A stretch of 64,000 nucleotides of DNA from Mobula hypostoma. Lineage: Eukaryota. This document shows positions 50,671 through 62,451 of this stretch, in pieces (positions within the stretch are counted from its first letter, which is position 1; every line of letters starts with the position of its first letter). The stretch covers positions 121,460,001 to 121,524,000 of the forward strand of contig NC_086097.1 in assembly GCF_963921235.1 (NCBI RefSeq). Reading direction: 5' to 3'. Both the position numbers and the translations under genes were made by a program. The notes under the pieces are model-generated. The model had not been told where the DNA came from and searched no databases. It saw nothing but the letters and a program-made list of their open reading frames with translations.

Positions 50671-53600
50671 TGAAACCCCGGTTTTCTCGAGTTTCTCTGG
50701 AAACGACTTGTTATCCCTTGCTACCTGCCTTCCGACTTTTCGCCAACAGACTCACAGTTCTTTGCCGCTTAAGTCTAGGAATTACACACTCCGGTCCTGC
50801 CAAATCTGCGAGATTGGGACGTCTCTCCCACTCAAACCCCGGTTTGTGTGAATGCTGTGTAATTTGCTACCCTGTCACAAGTTGTTGCCAGTACAGCACA
50901 CTCCATATGATTAAAGGAATTATATTTATCAATATTAACTAAAGGGTGAGTAAAGCAAAAGTGGCCCATTATAAATTAAACAGTCAAATGTGCTCAGGTT
51001 GGAACTCAACTCGAATAAAAGTCATATTCATTGATTCTCAGTAGACTTCTTCACCTTGCTCCATCGGATCACGGTCTCCACTGGGTCAAGTCCTACAATC
51101 GGTTCTCTCCAGGGTCTTCTCTCCTCATCTCCTGCCAAACAAAGACCCCAGTTCACACCGGTGTCAGGCACACCAAAACAAAACCGTTCTTCTGATTGGG
51201 TGGCTCGCATTGCAAAGCACACATTATCCCTAACCATAATGGAAACACTGCATCTACTGAAAGACCATTACGTTAGCAGTGAAACCTTTACCAGGGCGTT
51301 ACACTCTTTCCCCCCCACCAAAAATAGTCACCTTTTCATGACTGAGATAACTTATCAGCCCTTCATGAGTAACACGAATTCTCACAGAAATTTCGTGACA
51401 TCAGGACCTCCAGTCCAGGTGTAAATGGCAGTGACATATCTCACCAAGGGGATAGGCACCACACTCTGTTCCCTCGGTGCGACATAGGCCACTCTATCTG
51501 GGGGTTTCCTGACTCTTTGAGACCTTCTTACCCCATCAGACTTCTTCAGTTTCAGACATTCCCTGGGCTCTTTCCTGTCTACATCAGGAGGTCCATTACC
51601 TGTCCATTACTCATGCCTTTCAACAACTCAGGTCCCCTTGTCACTTGACTGAGCTCAGCTTCCTGCCCAGTTACTGTAGAGTCAAGAGTCCCGTCATTGT
51701 TTAACCGCAGACTTGCCTGCCCACTGCTAGTTCCTCCCATTCCACCTGCCTCAGCCTGAGGAGGATTGGGGATCTCTTTGTCAATTTTTGGGGAGTTTGC
51801 AAAGGGCAGCATATATCACACCCCCATTTCCTCATCCTCTGTGTCCGTATTGCATTCAGTGGTTAGGTTCAGTCTCGCCCTTTCTGCTGCTTGTCCGTTG
51901 GTTCTTCTATGTCGCCGAGGAGTCCTCTTACGAGGTGTAGGGTCCAGGTCAGGCTCTGGGTCAACATATATCTTTTGCCTTAGAGGTAGAAGGTGGTTCC
52001 GATGGAGAATACTGACAGATTCATTCCCATTCTCTCTTTTCACCCGGAAAACTGGTACGTTAGTAGGGAAGTGGTGTTAGGTAAATTGAAGGGATTAAAG
52101 GCAGATAAATCCCCAGGGCCAGATGGTCTGCATCCCAGAGTGCTTAAGGAAGTAGCCCAAGAAATAGTGGATTCATTGGTGATAATTTTTCAAAACTCTT
52201 TAGATTCTGGACTAGTTCCTGAGGATTGGAGGGTGGCTAATGTAACCCCACTTTTTAAAAAAAGGAGGGAGAGAGAAACCGGGGAATTATAGACCGGTTA
52301 GCCTAACATCGGTGGTGGGGAAACTGCTGGAGTCAGTTATCAAAGATGTGATAACAGCATATTTGGAAAGCGGTGAAATCATCGGACAAAGTCAGCATGG
52401 ATTTGTGAAAGGAAAATCATGTCTGACGAATCTCATAGAATTTTTTGAGGATGTAACTAGTAGAGTGGATTGGGGAGAACCAGTGGATGTGGTATATTTG
52501 GATTTTCAGAAGGCTTTTGACAAGGTCCCACGCAGGAGATTAGTGTGCAAACTTAAAGCACAGGGTATTGGGGGTAAGGTATTGATGTGGGTAGAGAATT
52601 GGTTGGCAGACAGGAAGCAAAGAATGGGAATAAACGGGACCTTTTCAGAATGGCAGGCAGTGACTAGTAGGGTACCGCAAGGCTCAGTGCTGGGACCACA
52701 GTTGTTCACAATATATATTAATGACTTGAATGAGGGAATTAAATGCAGCATCTCCAAGTTTGCGGATGACACGAAGCTGGGTGGCAGTGTTAGCTGTGAG
52801 GAGGATGCTAAGAGGATGCAGAGTGACTTGGATAGGTTAGGTGAGTGGGCAAATTCATGGCAGATGCAATGTAATGTGGATAAATGTGAGGTTATCCACT
52901 TTGGTGGCAAAAACAGGAAAACAGATTACTATCTGAATGGTGGCTGATTAGGAAAAGGGGAGGTGCAACGAGACCTGGGTGTCATTATACACCAGTCATT
53001 GAAAGTGGGCATGCAGGTACAGCAGGCGGTGAAAAAGGCAAATGGTATGCTGGCATTTATAGCGAGAGGATTCGAGTACAGGAGCAGGGAGGTACTACTG
53101 CAGTTGTACAAGGCCTTGGTGAGACCACATCTGGAGTATTGTGTGCAGTTTTGGTCCCCTAATCTGAGGAAAGACATCCTTGCCATAGAGGGAGTACAAA
53201 GAAGGTTCACCAGATTGATTCCTGGGATGGCAGGACTTTCATATGATGAAAGATTGGATGAACTAGGCTTATACTCGTTGGAATTTAGAAGATTGAGGGG
53301 GGATCTTATTGAAACTTATAAAATCCTAAAGGGATTGGACAGGCTAGATGCAGGAAGATTGTTCCTGATGTTGGGAAGTCCAGAACGAGGGGTCACAGTT
53401 TGAGGATAAAGGGGAAGCCTTTTAGGACCGAGATGAGGAAAAATTTCTTCACACAGAGAGTGGTGAATTTGTGGAATTCTCTGCCACAGGAAACAGTTGA
53501 GGCCAGTTCATTGGCTATATTTAAGAGGGAGTTAGAAATGGCCCTTGTGGCTAAAGCAATCAGAGGGTATGGAGGGAAGGCTGGTAACTTATGTACGAGT

Positions 53601-54905
53601 CTGCTCTCAAAATCCTGTTGCTGATTGCTATGTGTCTACCTGGAGAGGCCATAATGAACGAAATACTTTTCCCATAACACTTTGGCCGGGGTGGACGCTC
53701 TCTGATCCTTTGTAGGGAAGGCTTGCACATATCTGGTACAGTGATCGGTAATAACCGAGACATTCTCCATGTTGCTGACATCAGGCTCTATTGATAGAAA
53801 ATCCATACATACCCAATCAAGTGGCTCTGCACTCTGCAAATGAGATAATGGAGTGACCCTTGTAGGCAGCTTCTTCCTCCGTATACATAGTATGCACGAA
53901 TTGCGGTACTCTTCGACCTCTGGTTTCATTTCAGGCCAGTAGAACAGATCTCTGGCCAATCCACTTGTCTTGCCAACCCCCCAAATGACCTGAATCATCA
54001 TGAAAGATCCTCTCCTTTTGTCTTCCTTCCTTTCCACCCCAAGGGAGGGTAACCACACAGAAGCTGATTCAAAGAGTGACTCACTTTAGAGTAGTCCTTC
54101 ATGAACCTCCAATAGTACCCACCGAGTCCAAGGAATGAGCGTAGGGAACTCACAGTATGGGGCCTTGGCCATGAGGTCACTGCCTCAATCTTTGACTGAT
54201 CAGTACCTACTCCATCCCATGAGACTATGTGCCCAACCTAGCTGACAGAAGTCTGGCACTTGTCCAGTGAAAGCTTTAATCCTTCAGCTTTCAGGCGGTC
54301 TAACACCTTCCGTAGCCTCGCTTCATATTCCTCCAAGATGGACCCAAACACTGTGAGATCATCCAGGTACACCAATACCTCAAGCAAATTCATATCCCCC
54401 ACTGTTTTCTCCATGACATGCTGGAAAGTAGCCAGGGTTCCTGATATATCCTGGGGCATCGTTTCAAACTGGAAGAATCCAAGTGGACATATGAATGCCA
54501 CCTTCTCTTTGTCAGTCTTACTCATGAAGATCTAATAATACCCACTCCTCAAGTCCAGCACACGGAACCACTTTGCACCATTCAGACAGACCAACGTGTC
54601 CTCAAATCTCAGGACCATATACTGGTTGGGGACAGTACACCTGTTCAGAGCCTGATTGTCCACACACATACGTACCTTCCCATTCTTCCTGGCCACTACT
54701 ATTGGGGATGCATAGTGACTCCTGTTTTCAGTGATGATCCCAGCTTCTTTCAGCTTCTGCAGATGCTGTCAAGCACCTTCCACCTCTGCAGGTACCAGTC
54801 GCTGTGACCTTTCTCTGCACGGGGTGTCCTCTGTCACCCGGATAATGTGGCAAGTGCTCTTGGAACAACCCACATCAAACTCGTCGGTAGAAAAGACGTC
54901 TTCCA
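50671..54905 (-). mobile_element. Gypsy LTR retrotransposon remnant (RT and integrase pieces, PPT, 3' LTR about 50671-51303); gag and 5' LTR lost
   Basis: RT: AFICPLGFFQF..MPQ..VYLDDL..KLSLDKCQ (54238..54525). Integrase: FYWP..C..C, CMDFL..DHCTRY (53636..54058) and LHRNHLLPL. Minus strand GGTGGGGGGGAAAGAG|TGTAAC is a PPT/LTR junction at 51303. Left LTR boundary uncertain. Confidence 0.9.
52058..53586 (+). mobile_element. Young CR1 RT fragment inserted in the Gypsy integrase; truncated at both ends
   Basis: KSPGPDGLHPRVLKE, QHGFVKGKSCLTNL, YLDFQKAFDKVP, VPQGSVLGP, KFADDTK; very few disablements. Confidence 0.95.
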
Positions 54906-54908
54906 GCT

Positions 54909-55757
54909 TCACTCCTGGCACTTATACTTGCAGGCAGATCAAGTGCTACACCTGCCCCTACACCTCCTACCTCACTACCATTCAGGACCCCAAACAGTCC
55001 TTCTAGGTGAAGTGACACTTCACCTGTGAGTCTGTTGAAGTTATCTACTGTATTCGCTGCTCCCAGTGTGGACTCCTGTATATTGGTGAGAGGCAGCATA
55101 GATTGGGAGACTGCTTCACTGAGCACCTACGCTTCATCCACCGGAAAAACAGGTATCTCCCAGTGGCCACCCATTTCAATTCCACTTCCCATTCCTATTC
55201 TGTCATGTCACTCCTGTACTGTTGCGATGAGGCCACACTCAGGCTGGAGGAGCAACACCTTATATTCTGTCTGGGTAGCCTTCAATGTGATCTCATGAAC
55301 ACTGATTTCTCGATCTTCCAGTAATGCCCCCCACCCCTCCCCCTTCACCATTCACCATTCCCATTTTCCCCTTTCACCTTATCTCCTTTCCTGCCCATCA
55401 CCTCCCTCTGGTGCTCCTCCCATTTTTCTTTCTTCCATGGCCTTCTGCCCTCTGCTATCAGATTCTCCTTTTTTTCAGCCCTGTATCTCTTTCACCAATC
55501 AACTTGTCAGCTCTTTGCTTTATCTCTCCACCACCCCTCCCCCTCCAGTTTCACCTGTCACCTTGTTTTCCTTCATTCCTTCCCCCATCTTCTTACTCTG
55601 ACTCCTCATCATTTTTTCTCCAGGCCTGATAAAGGGTCTTGGCCCAGAATGTCGACAATACTAGTTTCCATAGATGCTGTCTGGCCTGCTGAGTTCCTCC
55701 AGCATTTTGTGCGTGTTGCTTGGATTCCCAGCAACTGCAGATATTCTCTTTGTGATT
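54909..55757 (+). mobile_element. Penelope-like element 3' part (Zn linker, GIY-YIG, UTR, decayed hammerhead tail)
   Basis: PGTYTC..KCYTCP, HFTCES..VIYCIRCSQCGLLYIGE, RLEEQHLIF; decayed hammerhead cctgataaagggtcttggcccagaatgtcgac at 55625. Confidence 0.9.
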
Positions 55758-56842
55758 GGAATACTGTATATTTCCTTTTTCTTTTTGACTAAATTCACCA
55801 CCTCTCTCGCCAGTCTTGGGCAGATATATACCTGCTCTTTCAGTAGTCCCACAATATTGCTTTAGTTACAGTATTTGAAGCCAATTTTTAATATTATAAC
55901 TAGTGTGTAAGCTATCATAACCAACTTTCTGTATCATTTAACATTGTTTTGGGAATTTGCAGGTACTTCCAGAATGATGTATTCATGTGATCTGTATGAA
56001 ATTTCTACACAAAAAAATGACTTGTTTACATATAATAGTCTTTGAAGTATTTTGGGGCAAAATTGACCATCTTTTGAGACAATTGTGAATTTTTACAATT
56101 GTAAGTCGAATCCCACACTTCTAATGTTTTGAAAACTCTAGAATATGAATCAAAAGGTACATTCTTACTCCTGATCAACACCTCCTGGGTCCTGCCACCC
56201 TTCAATCCTCTGACCACAATATTCTATCACACTCCCTCTGACCCCGATTACTTTTCCTCGGTCACCATCACTACTTCATCATTTCCTGTCAGTCACCTTA
56301 TGTACAGATACTCCTGTAACTGTCGTCACTTTATGTACAATACAGACAATGCTAATCTTATGTACTTACATTTATTGTGTTCTTTATACTTACTGTGTTT
56401 TTTATATGCTGCTTTGGATCCGGAGGAACAATCCTTTTGTTCAACTTTACGCTTAACCACCTTGGATCATGAATCTTGAATCTCCCTACACTTACAACTC
56501 CGATTCTGATTATGGCAGTACATTCCTCTCCTCCCAACACTACCACCAAATCCAGTCCCAGACCAGAGTAATGCATTTCCTATGCTAACTGGTCCACAGC
56601 TGAAGCATTCATCAGTTTGTCACTGAAAAACCAAATGACTGTATAGATTTGGTTTTGGTAAAATTTCTAGAATAACCTATGGCAAGTTATACTCTTGGGT
56701 TGTGAAGCTAGATCATACTGTCCAAGCAAGATTAATGTACTCCTTTTTAACACACAGCTTTGTAGCTTGTTGCAATGACACACTTCAACAGAGACTTCGG
56801 TGAATTGTTTCATCAATATCATGCTCTTGTCTTGTGTTCTAG

Positions 56843-56942
56843 GATGATAGTATTTATAAAGTATATGAAATCTTGATCTCGGAGACTGTTGACCTGATTC
56901 TACGGAAATCTGCAGCAGAACAGCTAGCAATTATGGCACAAG
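56843..56942 (+). CDS. RTTN: Rotatin coding exon (12th in window)
   Basis: ttctag|GAT acceptor, AAG|gtaaac donor. DDSIYKVYEILISETVDLILRKSAAEQLAIMAQ. Confidence 0.95.
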
Positions 56943-57159
56943 GTAAACACTTCACAGTTTGTGCAGTGATTTTGTATTATTTTTCAAATGGTAGAGTTTT
57001 TACTTGTCTGTTGCATGAAGCTGTCCTTTTTCTTCCCTGTTTTAGATACATTATTTAAATATATCGTACTGTAAAGTGAATCTTGACCATAAAAGATTGT
57101 ATTAATTTAGTGCATCTCTTATATTAAGGACCTGTTCAGAACAAATTCATATTTTAAAT

Positions 57160-57465
57160 GAGATTAGCTTTAGTTGTCACACATCCATCAAAACATACAG
57201 TGAAATGCATTGTTTTCATCAATTCAAATCAGCAAGGATTGTGCTGGGCAGCCTGCAAGTGTCGCTGTGTTTCTGGCATCAACACAGCATGCCCAATACC
57301 ATCTAATCCTAACTGTATATCTTTGGAATGTGGGAGGAAACCGGAGCACGTAGTCACAGGAAGAACATACAAATTTCCTTACAGGCAGAGGCATGATTTG
57401 AACCCTGATCGGTGAAAGCTGGCACTGTAAAGTGATGTGTTAACCACTGTGCTACCATACCACCC
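57160..57465 (-). mobile_element. V-SINE copy
   Basis: tctttggaatgtgggaggaaaccggagcac (reverse complement of the V domain); agattagctttagttgtcaca tail. Confidence 0.8.
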
Positions 57466-58671
57466 AATATTCAAAAGCAACAGCAAATGCTCTTTCCTCC
57501 AATAAGTAGATTAATTATTTCATTTCTGCTCTGACTGTGCAAAGCAAGCTCATCCAGACTGTCAGGGAGGTGTGGATCTGAAGGCATGTCAGGAAGTTTC
57601 CTTCCTTTTTGGGTACCTGGTAACTCAAAACTTATAATCTGTGCAAATATATAGTCATGAGCATGAAAGAACACAGTAAGGGAATATACAGCAAGAAAAA
57701 TATACGCATTCCACATAGTCTTGAAATCACATTTTTTGCCATGCTATTTGTTCCAATGTGGTCTCTATTGCTCTCTTCTGTTGGGTGCCTGGCTTCCATA
57801 TGTCCTGCAGAGCTCAGTGCAGCTCAAGGTCTGTCTCAGCACAGACAACTAGCTGCACTGTGAGAATGGATATCACAGCCAGTGAGACCAGTTTCCAGGC
57901 TCACTGGCTGTGAATAATGCCAGTAATATTCTTCCACATTGGTGCCCTCATTGCACTAAGTTGTGCAGACTAAGTTGATTTGTGCCCAGCACCAGACCAG
58001 AAGATCTATTCTGAATTATGTAATATTATTCCTGTATTGCATGTTAAGTTAAAAATTTACCAGCCAATGGAGAAAAAGATGGAAGAAGCTATTTGGGGAA
58101 AAAATACAATATCCCCACTGATTCCTGGGAATCTAGGGCCAAAGTGTTGAAGGAGTATTTGGATGGTACTGAAAATCTCATTGGGTATCATTGTTAATCA
58201 ATGGTAGGAGCAGTCCACCTTATGAGCCCAGTCACCTTGTCAGTAGTGACCGGCCCCTTCAGTGGAAGAGCCTGTGATTCCTATATCAGCCTCATTCAGG
58301 ACTCACAAAACCAGAGTGGAAGCACGCCATCCTCAATCCCGAGGGAAGGAGATGCATGAATATTCTCATGGGGGATGAGAGATGGATAATTATTCTTTTC
58401 AAATTGCCATGTTCAAAGGATGTTCATGCAGTATATGGAAGCAATATTAAAAATCTAGAATTCATTTAGTCTAGAAATTAAATGGCATGGATGTGGGCTT
58501 TAGATCTGTCATGCCCGTACCAGGACTTTGGCAGATCTTTTCAATTACAGTCATTTCCATGCTCATTTCCAGAACTGTTTTGTATGTTAATATTGAACCC
58601 GTTTTCACTCAGTGCTTTCCAAATTGCAACCTGCTACATTAGAATAAATCATGTTTGTTATTTACTTGCAG

Positions 58672-58760
58672 ATGCTAAAATCCATGAAGCACTAAAAAAC
58701 CTTGGAATAGTAGAAAAGATAGTTTCACTGATATATGAAAGTGTACACAAAAATGGAAAG
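58672..58760 (+). CDS. RTTN: Rotatin coding exon (13th in window)
   Basis: ttgcag|ATG acceptor, AAG|gtattg donor. (D)AKIHEALKNLGIVEKIVSLIYESVHKNGK. Confidence 0.92.
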
Positions 58761-59835
58761 GTATTGCAATATGCTTTTTCTTCGGTCTGTGCTCATTGAC
58801 ACAAATTTTAAGTTGATTTGTGAAGGTTCATTTAATAGCATTTTTCAAGTCCCTTTGACTGTATGCATTCTGACCATTTTTAGTTTTTGTGACATCTGAA
58901 GAACTTAGTGTTATTTACTTAAAATTTAGGACTTCAATTATCGATTGGTAGGGTGAGCCAGATATATTTTTCAGACACAAACTCCACTATAGTTTTTACT
59001 GATACCAGCTTTATTATTCTAAATTTGTTTTAAATATGTGGTAGTATGTGAATTTTACCTTGCATTTATTGAATTATCAATACAAAATTCTTGATCTTTA
59101 TGTTACTATTGTATCCTGTGAAAGGGCAAGAAAAGATGCAATATAAATTGTCAGTAACTTTGCAAAGGTAAAATATTGGAGTCAGTTTTCTATGTTTGAA
59201 AGTTTATCAGTTTATTTGGTTTTATTCTCAAGGCTTTAGTCGATGATTTGAAAAATTGGGTAGTCATGATTATTTCACTTACTTTTCGCTCTGTCTCCTT
59301 CCTGCATCTTTAAAGTGTGTGGTGTATTCACAGATTGTTATCTGATCATTTGACATCCTCAACTGCATTTCCCACTATCTTTGACATTGTATTAATGTAA
59401 ATATTCCAGTGATGGGCTTACTCCTATAATATGTTTCACTTGTCAGTTGTACAAAAATTCATCTTGGCAACTATTGAATATTTTTAGTTTTTAAAAGAAA
59501 AACTCTAGAATTTTTTCCTACTTAGATGGCAAAAAGGTGTGTATCTTTTCAAGTGGAGTGAATATAAAGCTATGTTGTATTTGCTAAAGCAAGCACACCT
59601 AGTATTTAAACAAGTGACTCAAATCCTAGTTATAATTTAATTGGATAGTTTATCTCTCAGCAGAACATCATACTTGGGTTGTAATGCTTGTAGAGGGTTA
59701 ACTACTTCTTAAAAAAAGAAGTTGGAAAACCACTTCAAATATGATTCAGTTTGCTTAGGATTAGTTTAGAATTGTTCATTTCTTTAATATGGTTGCATTT
59801 ATAGTATATATGTTTTTATTATTCCCCTTGAATAG

Positions 59836-59953
59836 GGCATGCAGTGTTTAGTGTTGCCATGTGTTTCTGTTTTACGGAAACTGGTTTACCTGGATCCTGC
59901 ACTTCGTCACGACCTGGCTCAGCAATCCTCTTTTCTACTTGCTCTTTTCAGAG
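59836..59953 (+). CDS. RTTN: Rotatin coding exon (14th in window; gene continues beyond the window)
   Basis: aatag|GGC acceptor, GAG|gtgagc donor (phase 1). GMQCLVLPCVSVLRKLVYLDPALRHDLAQQSSFLLALFR. Confidence 0.94.
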
Positions 59954-60054
59954 GTGAGCTCTTGAACTTGCTTGCATTGCTCTTCTCTAATCGAAAAGTT
60001 GAGCTTATTAGTGATGCCTTGCCTGATTTGCCAAAATGGGAGAGTCCAGACGTG

Positions 60055-60231
60055 AACAAGAGAAAATCTGCAGATATTGGAAATCCGAGCAACACATGCA
60101 AAATGCTGGAGGAATTCAGCAGACCGGGCAGCATCTACGGAAAAAAAAGTACAGTTGCTTTTTCGGGCCGAAACTCGACTGTACTTTTTTTCGTAGATGC
60201 TGTCTGGCCTGCTGAGTTCCTACAGCATTTT
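60055..60231. mobile_element. Fold-back Penelope-tail insertion
   Basis: Inverted arms around cgggccg; TSD gagagtc[c/t]agac[g/a]tg (60040, 60232). Confidence 0.85.
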
Positions 60232-61289
60232 GAGAGTCTAGACATGTTACTTTTATTCTCCTCTCTGACTTGCATCTTTTTTGAGATCTGTTATCAGTAT
60301 TGTTACATTTAAAGTGAAGGTTCTTTATCAGTAAGGGCATCAAAGTTATGGGGAAAAGGCAGGAGAATGTGGTTGAGAGATGATAAATCAGTCACAATGG
60401 AACAGTGGGGGAGACTGAATGAGTCAAATGGGTAATTCTGCTCCTATATCTTTTGGTCTTATGATTGTGTTCAATAAATTGTTTAGGACAACTTAATATA
60501 GAATACAAATGAAGAGCTTGAGTTATGAGTGAATTAATATAACTATAATCCACAGGATTCTCTGAAAATGCATTGGTTATACAGTTTTCTGGCATTTTTA
60601 TTACAGTTAGAGCAAAGCCATAAAAAGGCAGACAAGGGCATGCCACATATCTCTGGGTACACTTTGTTAGTTAGAACATTGGTAAGAATGTGGTGCCATG
60701 TTTAAACTTTGTTACCTCCAATGAGTAGATGATAGTTAGAATCTCGGAGTACTTGATGAGACTGTGGGACAATTAAAAAGAATGGGGTTAATGTATTACT
60801 GTTAATGAATGGTTGGTGGTCAGTGAAAACTTATTGGGGCGAAGTTTCTCTATCTCCATAGTATGTTTCTATGAATCTATATCCAGCCAGACATAAGATT
60901 AATTTGGTACCTTAAAATTATCATTACTGAGGATGGCTGTAGAAACACAGAGTGACAGTATTATTAGGAAATGCATAGATGAACGAAGATCGCGACCAAT
61001 TACCTAACCTGGGTTGGGGATTTGGAGAAGCACGTTTGGTATTTTACTGCTGGTGATTGGTTCCTTAATGGGATGAAGCATTTAGAACATTGATGGAGAG
61101 GAAGTACTTAATCAATCTCTTGGGATAGGATAACTTTGCTGTAATGTGAAGGTGTTGGGGATGGTGGGGTGCAAAAAATCTTCAGTCCAATTTGAGGCAA
61201 GTCTTATGGCAAACATTGGTTTGCCTTAGCTTAATACGTTCATTGTTTTGAGAAGATGTCTCTAGGTGGCCACTTTAATGCATATATAT

Positions 61290-62155
61290 TAGTCTTGTAT
61301 AAAGCTAGATAACTTTTGGATAACTTTTGCTATCAAAAGTCTTGGATCTGGACCTACAACCTAATTTGCTTTTGTCAATATTTGGGATTATCCCATCGGA
61401 AGCAGGAAACATTCCTGTTTCCGCTCAATGTATGATAGCCTTTTCGACTTTATTGGCTAGGAGAGCCATTTTATTGAAGTGGAAGGATTCTAATCCACCT
61501 ACGGCCTTTTATTGGCTCTCCTCCATTATGTCTTGTTTAAGTTTAGAGAAAATAAGAAGTTGGACATTTGATACATCCTTTAAATTTGAGCAAATCTGGC
61601 GACCTCTTTTCTACTTGCTCTTTTCAGAGGTGAGCTCTGAGCTCTGAATTTGATTTCATTTAATTTGATTTATTACTCTTTCAATTTTTTTTTCGAAGTT
61701 TTAGATTTGATCAGAAAGTCTTTCTTTTGTTTTTGGTCGTATCTTCAGAATGGACTGCCCGGTCCCTTTTTTTTTCTTTTTTTTTGTATAGTGTAGTGGT
61801 TTTTTTTTTCTTCATTTAAAATTCAAAGCTTTTTCTTTCCTCTTCATGAACTGATAAGAGGAGAATTGCTGTTTTCTTTTTTTTATTATATATTATATAC
61901 TAGCTTAACACTATGTATGATTTTGATAATGTCTATCTTAATCTTGCTTTCTATTGTTATTGATATATATATTTGAACCTTGCCCAGGCCTGCGCCCTGG
62001 AGAGTGAAGACTTTCCAGGCGCAGATCCATGGTCTCGCAAGGCTAACGGATGCCTTTATTTAATATTTATATATATTTGAGATAATTCTCCTCTTGTTTG
62101 TATTTATGTTCCTTTTAAATCAATAAAAAGATTAATAAAGAAAAAGAGAGAGAAG
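61290..62155 (+). mobile_element. L1-clade LINE 3' end (ORF2 C-terminus, T-rich UTR, A-rich tail)
   Basis: ORF 61327..61647 IFG..F.TLLARRAILLKWK...PPT...W...I...L.LEKIR..F.QIWRP; tail aatcaataaaaagattaataaagaaaaag. Confidence 0.8.
61603..61638 (+). repeat. Exact 36-bp copy of 59927-59962 (RTTN exon end + 5' splice site)
   Basis: cctcttttctacttgctcttttcagaggtgagctct is identical at both positions. Confidence 0.97.
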
Positions 62156-62223
62156 ATGTCTTCAACTGCAATTTACTGAAATTGTACAACTCCACTCCAT
62201 GTTAGCCATCTTATGATTGTCCA

Positions 62224-62451
62224 AACAACAGGAATTCTGCAGATGCTGGAAATTCAAGCAACACACATAAAAGTTGCTGGTGAACGCAGCAGGCCAGGCA
62301 GCGTCTCTAGGAAGAGGTGCAGTTGACGTTTCAGGCCGAGACCCTTCGTCAGGAGGGTCCTGACGAAGGGTCTCGGCCTGAAACGTCGACTGCACCTCTT
62401 CCTAGAGATGCTGCCTGGCCTGCTGCGTTCACCAGCAACTTTTATAATGTT
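62224..62451. mobile_element. Young fold-back Penelope-tail insertion
   Basis: 88-bp arms 62267-62354 and 62358-62445 (2 mismatches), loop ggg, perfect 13-bp TSD ttatgattgtcca (62211, 62452). Confidence 0.93.
62356..62391 (+). ncRNA. Minimal type I hammerhead ribozyme motif (mirror copy on the minus strand, about 62321-62354)
   Basis: GGTC-CTGACGA-AGG gtctcgg CCT-GAAAC-GTC^GACT. Intact CUGANGA and GAAA core, stem I GGUC/GACU, loopless palindromic stem III ACGU, predicted cut after 62387. Confidence 0.8.

Noticed and set aside
52506..53210. Long antisense ORFs over CR1 RT (also 25996..26496)
   Set aside because: Common shadow frames opposite LINE ORF2; no independent evidence of coding.
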